Positions 50,564-60,651 of a stretch of DNA of 64,000 nucleotides are shown one piece after another (the stretch's first letter is position 1; every line of letters begins with the position of its first letter). Location: the IMG/VR virus record IMGVR_UViG_3300017774_004101, positions 33,362 to 97,361 of that record, one strand, 5' to 3'. Source of the DNA: a virus (Duplodnaviria > Caudoviricetes). Below the pieces are notes generated by a model. It was not told the DNA's origin, made no database searches, and saw only the letters and a program-made list of their open reading frames with translations. The position numbers and the translations under genes are program-made.

Positions 50564-51111
50564 TGAGTACACCTCAATTTACACCATATGTTGATGCATT
50601 AACAAATGCAATGAAAACACTAATGGAAGATGATAGTACAATTCTAATTGGACAGCAAATTGTTTATTATGGAAATCCAATGTCAAAAACAATTGAAGGA
50701 TTACCAAAAGAAAGAATGATTGAAGTTCCGGTAATGGAAGAAACTCAAATGGGAATAAGTTTAGGATTGGCAATGGCTGGACATAAAGTAGTTTCATTTT
50801 ACCCACGTTGGGATTTTGTAATATGTGCAGGTAATCAATTAGTAAACCATTTAGATAAAATTAAAAAAATGTCAAATGGTCAATGGAATCCTCATATTTT
50901 AATTAGAGTAGGTAAGGGTTCGGATAAACCATTAGACCCTGGTCATCAACATAAAGGAAATTATATAGATGAATTTAAATCAATGTGTCCTAATATAGAA
51001 TTTCATGATTTAAAGACTTGGCAAGACGTTGAATTATCATATAAATACGCAACCGAAAATATTGGTATTCATGTATTAGCAGAATATCCAGAGTTATACT
51101 ATGCAAATTAA
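50563..51111 (+). CDS. ThDP-dependent enzyme, E1-beta/transketolase pyrimidine-binding domain only
   Basis: LIGQ, RMIEVPVMEE.QMGISLGLAMAG, NQLVN, GHQH. Confidence 0.85.
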   Translation: MSTPQFTPYVDALTNAMKTLMEDDSTILIGQQIVYYGNPMSKTIEGLPKERMIEVPVMEETQMGISLGLAMAGHKVVSFYPRWDFVICAGNQLVNHLDKIKKMSNGQWNPHILIRVGKGSDKPLDPGHQHKGNYIDEFKSMCPNIEFHDLKTWQDVELSYKYATENIGIHVLAEYPELYYAN

Positions 51112-52546
51112 TAGAGTATTTGATTTTATTGGTCCATCTGGTTTTATACCAAATGGAGTAAATTATAAATACACATCTGATATGTGGGATAGTAATTTTT
51201 ATATTGATAATATTTTTATTGATGAATTTAATAAAAAATATTTACAAATAGCAGTATACGATTGTAATCTCAATATCGGTCCATTTAACATTACTGATAT
51301 TCATATTTTTGATTTAAAATACAATGAAGAATCTAATATAGTTGGTAATTCAAATGATAATTATTTTTATACAATAACTCCATTTGGAAATGTATTAGTT
51401 GCAACAGGTCAAGATTTCACATATCATCAGAATCAGCATGTTTTTGATTTTATATCCGAAAGGGCTAAACAATATTTAAAAGCAAAGAATTTTTATTTAA
51501 TTTTTGATTATAGTAGTGAGGGTGATATAAAACCGGATATTTTTTATAATATACACAAAGCATGTGAAACTCATAATATATGTCCATCTAAGGTAATTTT
51601 TATTACATCTGCGGTTAATACAACGGAACTATATATGGAATATTATGTAAAAGATAAAAATCCAAAATTAAAATTAAAAACAACTTGTTACCCCTGGCCA
51701 TTTTTTGCTAAAGGAAAAGAAACAGTTAAATTAATGGAAGGAAATGTTGAATTATCATTTAATGGTAATACTAATAAAAATTCAATTAGTAAAATATCGG
51801 ATTATTTTAAAATAAAGAATAGAAAAAAGAAGTGTTTGATGCTAAATAGGAGACTTAGACCGCACCGATTAATTATTCTTTCATTATTACAAAACGATAA
51901 ATTATTAGATAGTACATTATCATCATTTGATATGAAATTATTATACACACCCGATGCCGGATTGGATTTAGTTAGTGGTGGTGGATATGACAATAAACCA
52001 TATTTAACAGATTACCAAACTCGTGTAAAAATGAGTACAGGATTTCATGGATTAACTAAAATAAAAAAACAAGTAGTTGATTACGATGATATTGAATCAG
52101 TATGGGGGTTTGCATTTGAAACTAAACAACCATATGAAGATACCTATTTCAGTATTGTACCAGAAACTCTTTTTTATGAAGCAGGAAACTATATATCTGA
52201 AAAAACTTTAAAACCAATAGCACATTTACATCCATTTGTTATGTTAGGTAGACCTCACATTTTAAAAAAATTAAAGAAATTAGGTTTTAAAACTTTCTCT
52301 GATTTTTGGGATGAAAGTTATGATGAAATTGAAAATAATAGTGATAGAATTATAGCCGTATATGCTGTTATAAAAAAATTAATTTTATTATCAAACGAAG
52401 ATTGGGATAGTATGATTACAAAAATGGCATATATATTAGAACAAAATAGAAATCATTTAATGAAATTTAATGATAAGTTCGTTCCAGATACTTATATAAA
52501 GAATTTAAATAAAATAATTAACGGAGAATCCGTAGATTTACTATAA
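51101..52546 (+). CDS. Putative glycosyltransferase (GT10-like SEK family)
   Basis: LMLNRR.RPHR; SIVPET...YISEKTLKPIAHLHPF..G...GFKTFSDFWDESYD. Confidence 0.55.
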   Translation: MQINRVFDFIGPSGFIPNGVNYKYTSDMWDSNFYIDNIFIDEFNKKYLQIAVYDCNLNIGPFNITDIHIFDLKYNEESNIVGNSNDNYFYTITPFGNVLVATGQDFTYHQNQHVFDFISERAKQYLKAKNFYLIFDYSSEGDIKPDIFYNIHKACETHNICPSKVIFITSAVNTTELYMEYYVKDKNPKLKLKTTCYPWPFFAKGKETVKLMEGNVELSFNGNTNKNSISKISDYFKIKNRKKKCLMLNRRLRPHRLIILSLLQNDKLLDSTLSSFDMKLLYTPDAGLDLVSGGGYDNKPYLTDYQTRVKMSTGFHGLTKIKKQVVDYDDIESVWGFAFETKQPYEDTYFSIVPETLFYEAGNYISEKTLKPIAHLHPFVMLGRPHILKKLKKLGFKTFSDFWDESYDEIENNSDRIIAVYAVIKKLILLSNEDWDSMITKMAYILEQNRNHLMKFNDKFVPDTYIKNLNKIINGESVDLL

Positions 52547-53251
52547 ATGAATCTTATTAAAAATATAGATAATAAAGTTTTTATATTTGAAAACGTATTA
52601 GAAGAATCAATTATAGATTTATTACTAATTCATAATCAAAAAAATATTAAAGAAAATAACTATGTTGCACGAATTGGATTGATTGATGATTTAGACCCTA
52701 CAAATAATATATCATTTAATAAATCAGTAATAGATTTAACAGATGAAGAAAAATATATATGGGATAATTTTAAAAATACTGGTACTAAAAGAATTAATAA
52801 AAAAGATATTGAAATTCCAATAACTGATTATTCCTTACTATATAGTATTCAGAACCCAATAAAAGATTATTTAAGAAGTATATATGGTGATTATATTACT
52901 GAATATTATAACCAAACCACAAGTATACTTACATATTATCCCGGTCATTTAATGAATGTTCATTCGGATAGTACCCCTCATAATCCACGTATTTGCACAA
53001 CTACACTATATTTAAATGAAATGAAGGATGAATTTGAGGGTGGTGAAATTATATTTTATGGCGATATAAGTGGATATGAAAGTTCGAAGGTTATCGAAAA
53101 TAATATTATTTATACACATAGACCTCAACGGAATCAATTAATTGTATTTGATTCATATTTTAATAAAGAGGGTATACAACATTCTGTTTCAGAAATTAAA
53201 AATTGGAATAGGGATGTATTTAGAACATATTGGCAAGAAACTCCAAAATAA
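52547..53251 (+). CDS. 2OG-Fe(II) oxygenase
   Basis: HSD...TLYLN...GGEIIF...HSVSEI...R. Confidence 0.8.
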   Translation: MNLIKNIDNKVFIFENVLEESIIDLLLIHNQKNIKENNYVARIGLIDDLDPTNNISFNKSVIDLTDEEKYIWDNFKNTGTKRINKKDIEIPITDYSLLYSIQNPIKDYLRSIYGDYITEYYNQTTSILTYYPGHLMNVHSDSTPHNPRICTTTLYLNEMKDEFEGGEIIFYGDISGYESSKVIENNIIYTHRPQRNQLIVFDSYFNKEGIQHSVSEIKNWNRDVFRTYWQETPK

Positions 53252-53263
53252 CATTAAAAACAT

Positions 53264-53392
53264 ATGAAATTACTAAAAAAAATATTAGATTTCTTTAATA
53301 AAAAAAGAAATAAAAAGAAACAAGCAGAATTATATAAAAAAAAGTTAGAAGAACTCCGTAAAAGAGACCCATTCGTTTATAAAAATCACTAA
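53264..53392 (+). CDS. Small basic peptide (42 aa) ending RKRDPFVYKNH
   Basis: Hand translation MKLLKKILDFFNKKRNKKKQAELYKKKLEELRKRDPFVYKNH; fills the intergenic gap. Confidence 0.6.
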   Translation: MKLLKKILDFFNKKRNKKKQAELYKKKLEELRKRDPFVYKNH

Positions 53393-53436
53393 TTCTTAAC
53401 TCATTCATATTTATACACTAATAGAGTACTACACAA

Positions 53437-56400
53437 ATGAATGAACTAAGTCAATATCTTGTCAATCAAATTTTATTAGAAGATACCGAATTACACAACT
53501 TTGTTGTAGTGTATTCAGGTAGATTCCAACCTTTCCATAAAGGCCACTACGCAACTTATCAAAATCTTTGTAAGAAATTTGGTAAGGATAAAGTGTTTAT
53601 TGGAACATCTAATAAAACCGATAATAGACAATCTCCATTTAATTTTAAGGAAAAGAAAATAATCATGACTAAAATGTTTGGTATAACATCAAACAAAATA
53701 GTTGAGATTAAGAATCCATATGCACCTACTGAAATCTTAAAAAACTTTGATGAAACTACAACTGGTTATATAAGTGTTGTTGGTGAAAAAGATGAGATGC
53801 GATTGGGTGGAAAGTATTTTGAGAAATATAAAGGTAAGATAGCACAAGGATATAAGGAAAAGGGTTATGTATATGTTTCACCCTCACAATCAAACCCAAT
53901 ATCAGGTACCAATGTACGAAATTGGTTAAGTAAGGGCGATGAAGAACAACAAAAGGCGGGATTCTTAAAAGCATATCCAAAGTTTGATGAAAAAATATTC
54001 AAACTGATTACTCTTAAACTTAAAACTATGAGTGAAGGAATGCCAGGTGGAACGGGTATCGGATTATCGTTTCCAAACGGAACAATTAATGGTGCACCGA
54101 AACCTGAAGATGTGAAAAAGATGCGTAAAAAGTTAGATGATGAAGATGAGGTAAACGAAGAGATTAAATTAGATGTTAATATTGGTGATACCATATTAAT
54201 GGGTAAATTTAAAAATAAAAAAACAGTAGTTAAGACAATTGGTAAAGATGAGCATGGTATGCCAACTATTAATGGTAAAAAAGTGGCTACATTTAGAATT
54301 CTACCAAAACAAAATATTTTTAAAGAGGCAGCATCTACTGCAGGCGGTGATGATTCACAACCCGATGGTGGATATCTACCAAAAGGTAAGACAAGAGTAT
54401 TAGGCGGTGATGATGGAGTTAATAGTAGTGATGATTGGTTTGTTAGGGGAGGTTATACCCAAACCGATTTTCCAAAAGCAGATGCAATATATGCATCAGA
54501 TGATGAAAACCAAATAACCTTTAAAATTAAAACAAAAAACAACGCTAGAAATTTGAATAAACCGACTACATATCCACTTGGATTTGATGATGTTGATGTT
54601 ACTCACGAAGTTGAAAAAATTGAAAAGGTAGAAAAGAGATTGAAAAAGAAAGCAAAACAAAAAGATTCTATTTCAGAATTAATATCTGATTATTCTGATT
54701 TATTAGATTCACTATTTGAAAGTGATGGTGAAGATGATAAATACGTGCACGTGGGGTATGGTAAATACAAAGAAAAAAGTAAAAAAGATGTAGAAGGTGC
54801 ACCCCTATTCAAAAAAGATGATAGTGGAAAATATAGTCCTATTGAGGGAGATGATAAAGGCGGTGAAGCTAAACCAACTGGTCAAGCAGTACAAGGTGCG
54901 GATATGTTTAAACATGATAAAAGTGTTAAACAACCAAAGGAAGAACCAAAACAAGAACCTACGAAAGAACCGGCTGAAGATTGGACAAGTGGAAAAGATG
55001 GTTGGGAAATTTTAGATGATGATAGGGCAAAAGTAACCACTATTAGAGATTATAGTGATGAAGAATACAAAGGTGAGACTGGTGAATATTTTGAAAATGA
55101 GGTAACTAAAAAAGTTGCACCAAATGCATTTAAAGATGAATCAGAAATGATTCAAAAAATGAAAGATGCCGAACCTGTTTACATATCATCTGAAGAATTA
55201 CAAAATATGAGTAATACTGATGTGGGTGATATTCTATCGGCAAGTGAAGAGGGTGGACAAGATTCTATGAAAGCAAGAGGTAAAGAACTTGCAGATGAGT
55301 ATGGTAAGGATTGGGATAGATTAGAAAAGGGGATTGAAAGTGGTAATGATGTTCCTCCACCATTGGTATTGAGAGATAAGAATGGTAAATTACATTTATT
55401 AGCAGGAAATACTCGTTTAATGTCATTTACTGCATATGGTAAAAAATTGCCTGTGAAAGTAATAGATTATGATGGAGAGTTTAACTATGATGAGGAAGAG
55501 ACTCCACAATCTGATGAACCAAAACGTTCAATATCAAAAAATATACAAAGAAAAATTAGTGGTTGGGCAGAAAAAGAAAAAGAATTTTTTACAAAAGGTC
55601 AAGATAAACCAAAATCAGAAACTCGTAGAAGCATAGGTGAAACTTTAAGAGATAAAGCTAAGGGTGCACGTAATGCTATTGTGCATGGATTTAAACACGA
55701 GGCACATTTATTCAAATCGGCAGCAAAAGGTGTTAGTAATTTTGTTAGTGGAAAGGAAGTAACTAAAGAAGAAAGGAAAGCCCTACTTGATGTTGGTAAA
55801 AAAGTAGTTATAGCAGGAATATTGGGAGTAGCAACTGGTGGATTATCTCATGGTATTTTACCATTTGCACAACATCTTGCAATTGAATTTGTTCCACACG
55901 TTGTAGCAGAAACAATTGCATTAGGTGCAGGAAAAGCTGCATTATTTGCTGATACTAATGAAGACGAAAGAATGTTAAATGCATTTACGGATAAAATAAT
56001 TGATGGTATTGAAAATATGGAAATACCAGAGGATGTAATGAATAGTGCAATTGATACCTATAATCAAAAAAAAGATTCAGACAAAAATAATTTAGAGGAA
56101 ATAGCAGTTCAAACTGATTTTATTCCTGGTGGATTATCAACTAATAAAAAATTAACTGATTTTGCTACAAAATATAATACTACCATTGATGTAATAAAAG
56201 AAAAAATTAAAAATGGTATTAAAGTAGAAATGGAACATACTTCAGATATTCGTTTTGCAACTAAAATAGCAAAAGACCATATTTGGGAAGATTTGAACTA
56301 TTATACTAAACTAAAAAAAGTTGAAAATGGCGTTAAATCTGAAATGGCAAAAACTGATATGGATGCGGTTGAAAAATATGCCGATTCACAAATGAATCCA

Positions 56401-58269
56401 ACTGATGTTGATTTAGGAAAAGAAACTGACCATTTTTTTCAAAGGTTGAACGACCCGCGAAATGGTAAGGAAATATCACCTGCAGAATTAACGGGATTAT
56501 TCAAAAGATTGGCTAGAAACAAAAAGAAATTTTTAGAGTTTCTAAAACAATATAGAGAGTTTGTAGTTAAAGATAGAGTATCGAATATCAATATAGCATT
56601 TATTAAAGTTGCTGATAGATTGATTGCTAAGACGGTAATGAGAAAAGCGGATTTTAAATCATCTACTCCAGTGTTTACAACCGAATCTATAAACGAAGGG
56701 GATAGAGACCCTAAAGCAATAAAAGCTTATTATGAGGCAGTATGTAAAGATTTAAAAATAACACCTTTACCGGTGAAGTTTGGTAATGTTGGAAAAGGCG
56801 GTGCAGCATTAACTTACAATGTTAAGACAATGAAACCTCTTTACATTTCATTTAATGTAAATAGCATGCAAGACCCAGAATACGCTATTCTACATGAAAT
56901 AACTCATCAAATAAAATTAGAAACTGAGCAGGATGCCTATATGGGTAAAAGAGACCAAACTGCTCAATTTAAAAAGTTAGAAAATAAACTTGTTGAGAAG
57001 TATATGTATTCAAGATTTTCCAAAATATTATGGGAATCGGTAAATGAATCAAAAGAATTAATAATGGAAGGTGGTGCATATGGACATATGAATCATCCGT
57101 TTGATACTGAAATCAATTTAACCTTCGGCCAACTTAAAGATATCGTAAATCGTGCATTGGATGGTAACTTAGAATTTGCTAGAGAGAAAACTGATGGTCA
57201 AGCATTAGCAATTAGTTGGATAGATGGTAGATTAGTAGCAGCAAGAAACAAATCACATTTGAAAAACAAAGGTGCTGGGGCGTTAGATATCAACGGAGTA
57301 GCAGATAAGTTTGCGGGTAGAGGTGAATTAACTGATGCCTATAATTTCGCGATGAAAGACCTATCTAATGCCATAAAATCATTATCCCAAGCACAAAAAG
57401 ATAAAGTATTTAAGAATGGTTCGTGTTTTATGAACATAGAGGTGATATATCCTACCTCAGTCAACGTCATTCCTTACGGTCAACCACTATTAGTATTTCA
57501 CGGAACAATGGAGTACGATGAGAATGGTGATGCAATAGGAGAATCGGCAGAAGCAGGTAGAATATTGGGTGGAATGCTTAAACAAGTAAACGCCGATGTT
57601 CAATCAAAGTATACACTACAAGGACCACCGGTATTAAAGTTACCAAAATCACAAGACCTATCATCTAAGAAAGGTAAGTATCTTACTATGATATCTAAAT
57701 TACAAAAAGAATTTGGATTGGGAGATACTGCAGGTGTTGCTAATTATCATCAAGCATGGTGGGAGAACTTTGTAGATAAGAAATCACCAACTACATTAGA
57801 TAACGCCACTAAAATGGGGTTAGTTAAGAGATGGGCGTTTAACGAAAAGGGATTCCGCATTGATAAGAATTCAATTAAGGATGAAAAAACCCTTGCATGG
57901 GCTACTAAGATAGATAAGGAAGACCATAAGGGTATTTCAAAAGATAACTTAATGAAATTTGAAGATATTTTCTTAGGAGTTGGTGCAGATGTATTGGAAT
58001 TTACCGCATCGGTACTAACAGTTAATCCAGATTCTGCTCTTAGAGAAATGCAAAAACGATTACAACAAACGATAAAGGATGTTCAGGCAAGTGGAGACCC
58101 TAAGAAGATAGATAAACTAAAATTAGAACTTAAAAGATTAAATGCAATTGGTGGTGCTAAAAGAATCGTACCAATCGAAGGAATTGTATTTGTATATAAC
58201 GGACAGACATTCAAATTAACAGGAGCGTTCGCCTCTCTGAATCAATTATTGGGTATTTTTTACGCATAA
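53437..58269 (+). CDS. 1610-aa multidomain protein: HxGH nucleotidyltransferase, ParB-like, hydrophobic hairpin, EMEH domain, HFxxR domain, HExxH domain, ATP-dependent ligase-like
   Basis: GRFQPFHKGH; PPLVL...LLAGNTRL; GIKVEMEH...DHIWE; HFFQRLNDPRN; ILHEITH; EKTDG...EGIVF...FKLTG (ligase motifs I, IV, V). Confidence 0.75.
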   Translation: MNELSQYLVNQILLEDTELHNFVVVYSGRFQPFHKGHYATYQNLCKKFGKDKVFIGTSNKTDNRQSPFNFKEKKIIMTKMFGITSNKIVEIKNPYAPTEILKNFDETTTGYISVVGEKDEMRLGGKYFEKYKGKIAQGYKEKGYVYVSPSQSNPISGTNVRNWLSKGDEEQQKAGFLKAYPKFDEKIFKLITLKLKTMSEGMPGGTGIGLSFPNGTINGAPKPEDVKKMRKKLDDEDEVNEEIKLDVNIGDTILMGKFKNKKTVVKTIGKDEHGMPTINGKKVATFRILPKQNIFKEAASTAGGDDSQPDGGYLPKGKTRVLGGDDGVNSSDDWFVRGGYTQTDFPKADAIYASDDENQITFKIKTKNNARNLNKPTTYPLGFDDVDVTHEVEKIEKVEKRLKKKAKQKDSISELISDYSDLLDSLFESDGEDDKYVHVGYGKYKEKSKKDVEGAPLFKKDDSGKYSPIEGDDKGGEAKPTGQAVQGADMFKHDKSVKQPKEEPKQEPTKEPAEDWTSGKDGWEILDDDRAKVTTIRDYSDEEYKGETGEYFENEVTKKVAPNAFKDESEMIQKMKDAEPVYISSEELQNMSNTDVGDILSASEEGGQDSMKARGKELADEYGKDWDRLEKGIESGNDVPPPLVLRDKNGKLHLLAGNTRLMSFTAYGKKLPVKVIDYDGEFNYDEEETPQSDEPKRSISKNIQRKISGWAEKEKEFFTKGQDKPKSETRRSIGETLRDKAKGARNAIVHGFKHEAHLFKSAAKGVSNFVSGKEVTKEERKALLDVGKKVVIAGILGVATGGLSHGILPFAQHLAIEFVPHVVAETIALGAGKAALFADTNEDERMLNAFTDKIIDGIENMEIPEDVMNSAIDTYNQKKDSDKNNLEEIAVQTDFIPGGLSTNKKLTDFATKYNTTIDVIKEKIKNGIKVEMEHTSDIRFATKIAKDHIWEDLNYYTKLKKVENGVKSEMAKTDMDAVEKYADSQMNPTDVDLGKETDHFFQRLNDPRNGKEISPAELTGLFKRLARNKKKFLEFLKQYREFVVKDRVSNINIAFIKVADRLIAKTVMRKADFKSSTPVFTTESINEGDRDPKAIKAYYEAVCKDLKITPLPVKFGNVGKGGAALTYNVKTMKPLYISFNVNSMQDPEYAILHEITHQIKLETEQDAYMGKRDQTAQFKKLENKLVEKYMYSRFSKILWESVNESKELIMEGGAYGHMNHPFDTEINLTFGQLKDIVNRALDGNLEFAREKTDGQALAISWIDGRLVAARNKSHLKNKGAGALDINGVADKFAGRGELTDAYNFAMKDLSNAIKSLSQAQKDKVFKNGSCFMNIEVIYPTSVNVIPYGQPLLVFHGTMEYDENGDAIGESAEAGRILGGMLKQVNADVQSKYTLQGPPVLKLPKSQDLSSKKGKYLTMISKLQKEFGLGDTAGVANYHQAWWENFVDKKSPTTLDNATKMGLVKRWAFNEKGFRIDKNSIKDEKTLAWATKIDKEDHKGISKDNLMKFEDIFLGVGADVLEFTASVLTVNPDSALREMQKRLQQTIKDVQASGDPKKIDKLKLELKRLNAIGGAKRIVPIEGIVFVYNGQTFKLTGAFASLNQLLGIFYA

Positions 58270-58322
58270 TTTATTTTATATATACTTATATATATATTAA
58301 AATAAAAACCTAATATATAATA

Positions 58323-58982
58323 ATGGCAAAGGAATTTAATAAAAAGTTTATGCATCCAACTCGTAGGAAGTTGGTGGATATGGTTATGACAGGTGGTGAA
58401 TATGCTAAAAGCACCACAGTTGGATGGGAAACCGCTAACGTAGAACGAAAGGTTGGTGATGTTTGGGAAGATGAACATCATAGATATGAGAAAAAAGAGG
58501 GATTCACAATGAAAACTTCTAAAAACTCTGAAGCGTTTGATGAAATCAGAAAATATATAGCAGAATTAGAAAGATGTTCTAATCCAGATTGTACTACAAT
58601 AAAGATTAATAGTAATCATAAGAAGGTTATTAAAAAAACTGGATATTGTATCAATTGTTTAGCGGAAAGAGAACATAAAGTACGAGTTGCCGGAGTATGG
58701 GAACAATATGAGGATTATAAAATATACACTCGTATGATAATCGATGGTAAAATAAAATTAGAAGAACTCCAACAAGCACACGATGATGTGAAACCTTACT
58801 ACGAATACGTTAATGAGGATGGAACTACGGAAAAATGGGAATTACCTAATTCAGTAGAGGAAACCCAAAAAGAAATAATGGAAATTATTACAAATGGTAA
58901 AGCAGAGTTACAAAAAGTAGAAGAGTTCCGTAATAAAGCATTTGAAATTTTAAAAGAACATAATTGTGAACATTACGTTTAA
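58323..58982 (+). CDS. Hypothetical protein with Cys4 zinc finger
   Basis: CSNPDC...CINC; immediately upstream of terminase. Confidence 0.65.
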   Translation: MAKEFNKKFMHPTRRKLVDMVMTGGEYAKSTTVGWETANVERKVGDVWEDEHHRYEKKEGFTMKTSKNSEAFDEIRKYIAELERCSNPDCTTIKINSNHKKVIKKTGYCINCLAEREHKVRVAGVWEQYEDYKIYTRMIIDGKIKLEELQQAHDDVKPYYEYVNEDGTTEKWELPNSVEETQKEIMEIITNGKAELQKVEEFRNKAFEILKEHNCEHYV

Positions 58983-58994
58983 TACAAAACAATA

Positions 58995-60578
58995 ATGGCA
59001 GGAACTTCTTTAAAAGATATAATAAAATTAGAATACCAACGATGTGCTGGTGACCCTATATACTTTATGAAAAAGTATTGTATGATTCAGCATCCTGTCC
59101 GCGGTAAAATACCATTTCATTTATATCCATTTCAAGAAAATACACTAACACAATTCAAAGACCATCGATATAACATCATTCTAAAATCTCGTCAAACTGG
59201 TATATCTACCTTAACTGCGGGATTTGCATTGTGGAAGATGTTATTTAATCAAGATTTTAACGTATTGGTAATTGCAACTAAACAAGAAGTTGCTAAAAAC
59301 CTTATTACTAAAATTAGGGTAATGAATCAATACTTACCTAGTTGGTTAAAACAAACAACAGTTGAAGATAATAAACTTTCGTTACGATACTCAAATGGTT
59401 CACAGGCAAAAGCAACTTCTGCAGCAGGTGATGCTGGTCGTTCTGAAGCATTATCCCTATTAGTATTTGATGAGGCAGCATTCATTGATAATATTGAAGA
59501 AATTTGGATATCTGCACAATCTACTCTATCAACGGGTGGTAATGCAATTATTCTTTCTACTCCTAATGGTGTGGGTAATTTCTTTCATAGGACTTGGGTT
59601 AGTGCAGAGGATGGAACTAATGGATTCAATACAGTCCGTTTACATTGGACGGTTCACCCCGAAAGAAATCAAGAATGGAGAGATGAACAACAAATACTTT
59701 TAGGAGCAAAGGGTGCAGCACAAGAATGTGATTGTGATTTTGTATCCTCCGGTGATAGTGTCATAGACCCACAACTTCTAATGTTTTATAGGGAATCATT
59801 TGTACAAGAACCATTGGAAAAAACTGGCTTTGATGGAAATCTTTGGAAATGGGAATATCCTGATTATCAAAAATCATATATGGTTGTTGCGGACGTTGCA
59901 CGTGGAGATTCTACGGATTACTCCGCCGCACAAGTAATTGATATTGTTAATTCGGTACAAGTAGCAGAATATAAAGGAAAATTAGATACAAAAGATTTTG
60001 GAAATTTCTTAGTTTCCTTAGCAACTGATTATAATGAAGCACTTTTAGTAATAGAGAACGCAAATATTGGATGGGCAGTTATCCAACAGGTAATCGATAG
60101 GGGATATAAAAACTTATTCTATATGAGTAAGGATTTAAAGTATGTGGATGTTGAACATCAGATGCATAATAAGTTTAGGGCAGAAGAAAGAGGTATGGTT
60201 GCAGGTTTCTCAACTACATCTAAGACACGACCTTTGATTATTTCAAAGTTAGATGATTACTTCAGAGAGAAATCTATCACCATACGTTCTAATAGGTTGA
60301 TAGAGGAGCTTTTTACCTTTATATGGAACAATAATCGTGCGGAAGCAATGAGGGGATACAATGATGACTTAGTAATGGCGTTATCGATTGCTTTATGGGT
60401 TAGAGATACCGCATTGAGATTAAGACAAGAAGGAATTGATTTAACTATTAAATCATTGGGTGGAATTCAACAACAAACCTACGAATCTGGGTTCTATGGG
60501 GGTAGTTCTAATGATGATAATCCGTGGTCAATGAGAGTAGGTAATCAAGATGAAGATTTGACTTGGTTGATTAAATAA
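58995..60578 (+). CDS. terL: Terminase large subunit (T4 gp17-like)
   Basis: KSRQTGIST, LVFDEAAF, STPNG, ADVARG, DDLVMAL. Confidence 0.95.
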   Translation: MAGTSLKDIIKLEYQRCAGDPIYFMKKYCMIQHPVRGKIPFHLYPFQENTLTQFKDHRYNIILKSRQTGISTLTAGFALWKMLFNQDFNVLVIATKQEVAKNLITKIRVMNQYLPSWLKQTTVEDNKLSLRYSNGSQAKATSAAGDAGRSEALSLLVFDEAAFIDNIEEIWISAQSTLSTGGNAIILSTPNGVGNFFHRTWVSAEDGTNGFNTVRLHWTVHPERNQEWRDEQQILLGAKGAAQECDCDFVSSGDSVIDPQLLMFYRESFVQEPLEKTGFDGNLWKWEYPDYQKSYMVVADVARGDSTDYSAAQVIDIVNSVQVAEYKGKLDTKDFGNFLVSLATDYNEALLVIENANIGWAVIQQVIDRGYKNLFYMSKDLKYVDVEHQMHNKFRAEERGMVAGFSTTSKTRPLIISKLDDYFREKSITIRSNRLIEELFTFIWNNNRAEAMRGYNDDLVMALSIALWVRDTALRLRQEGIDLTIKSLGGIQQQTYESGFYGGSSNDDNPWSMRVGNQDEDLTWLIK

Positions 60579-60651
60579 AAAATTTAACATATTTATAGTG
60601 TATAATAAGATGCACTATTAAATAATATAATTTTAATATAAAAAATAAAAT

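Noticed and set aside
46831-51111. Pyruvate dehydrogenase auxiliary metabolic genes
   Set aside because: Both subunits are truncated, no E2/E3 is present in the window, and the context is NDP-sugar biosynthesis.
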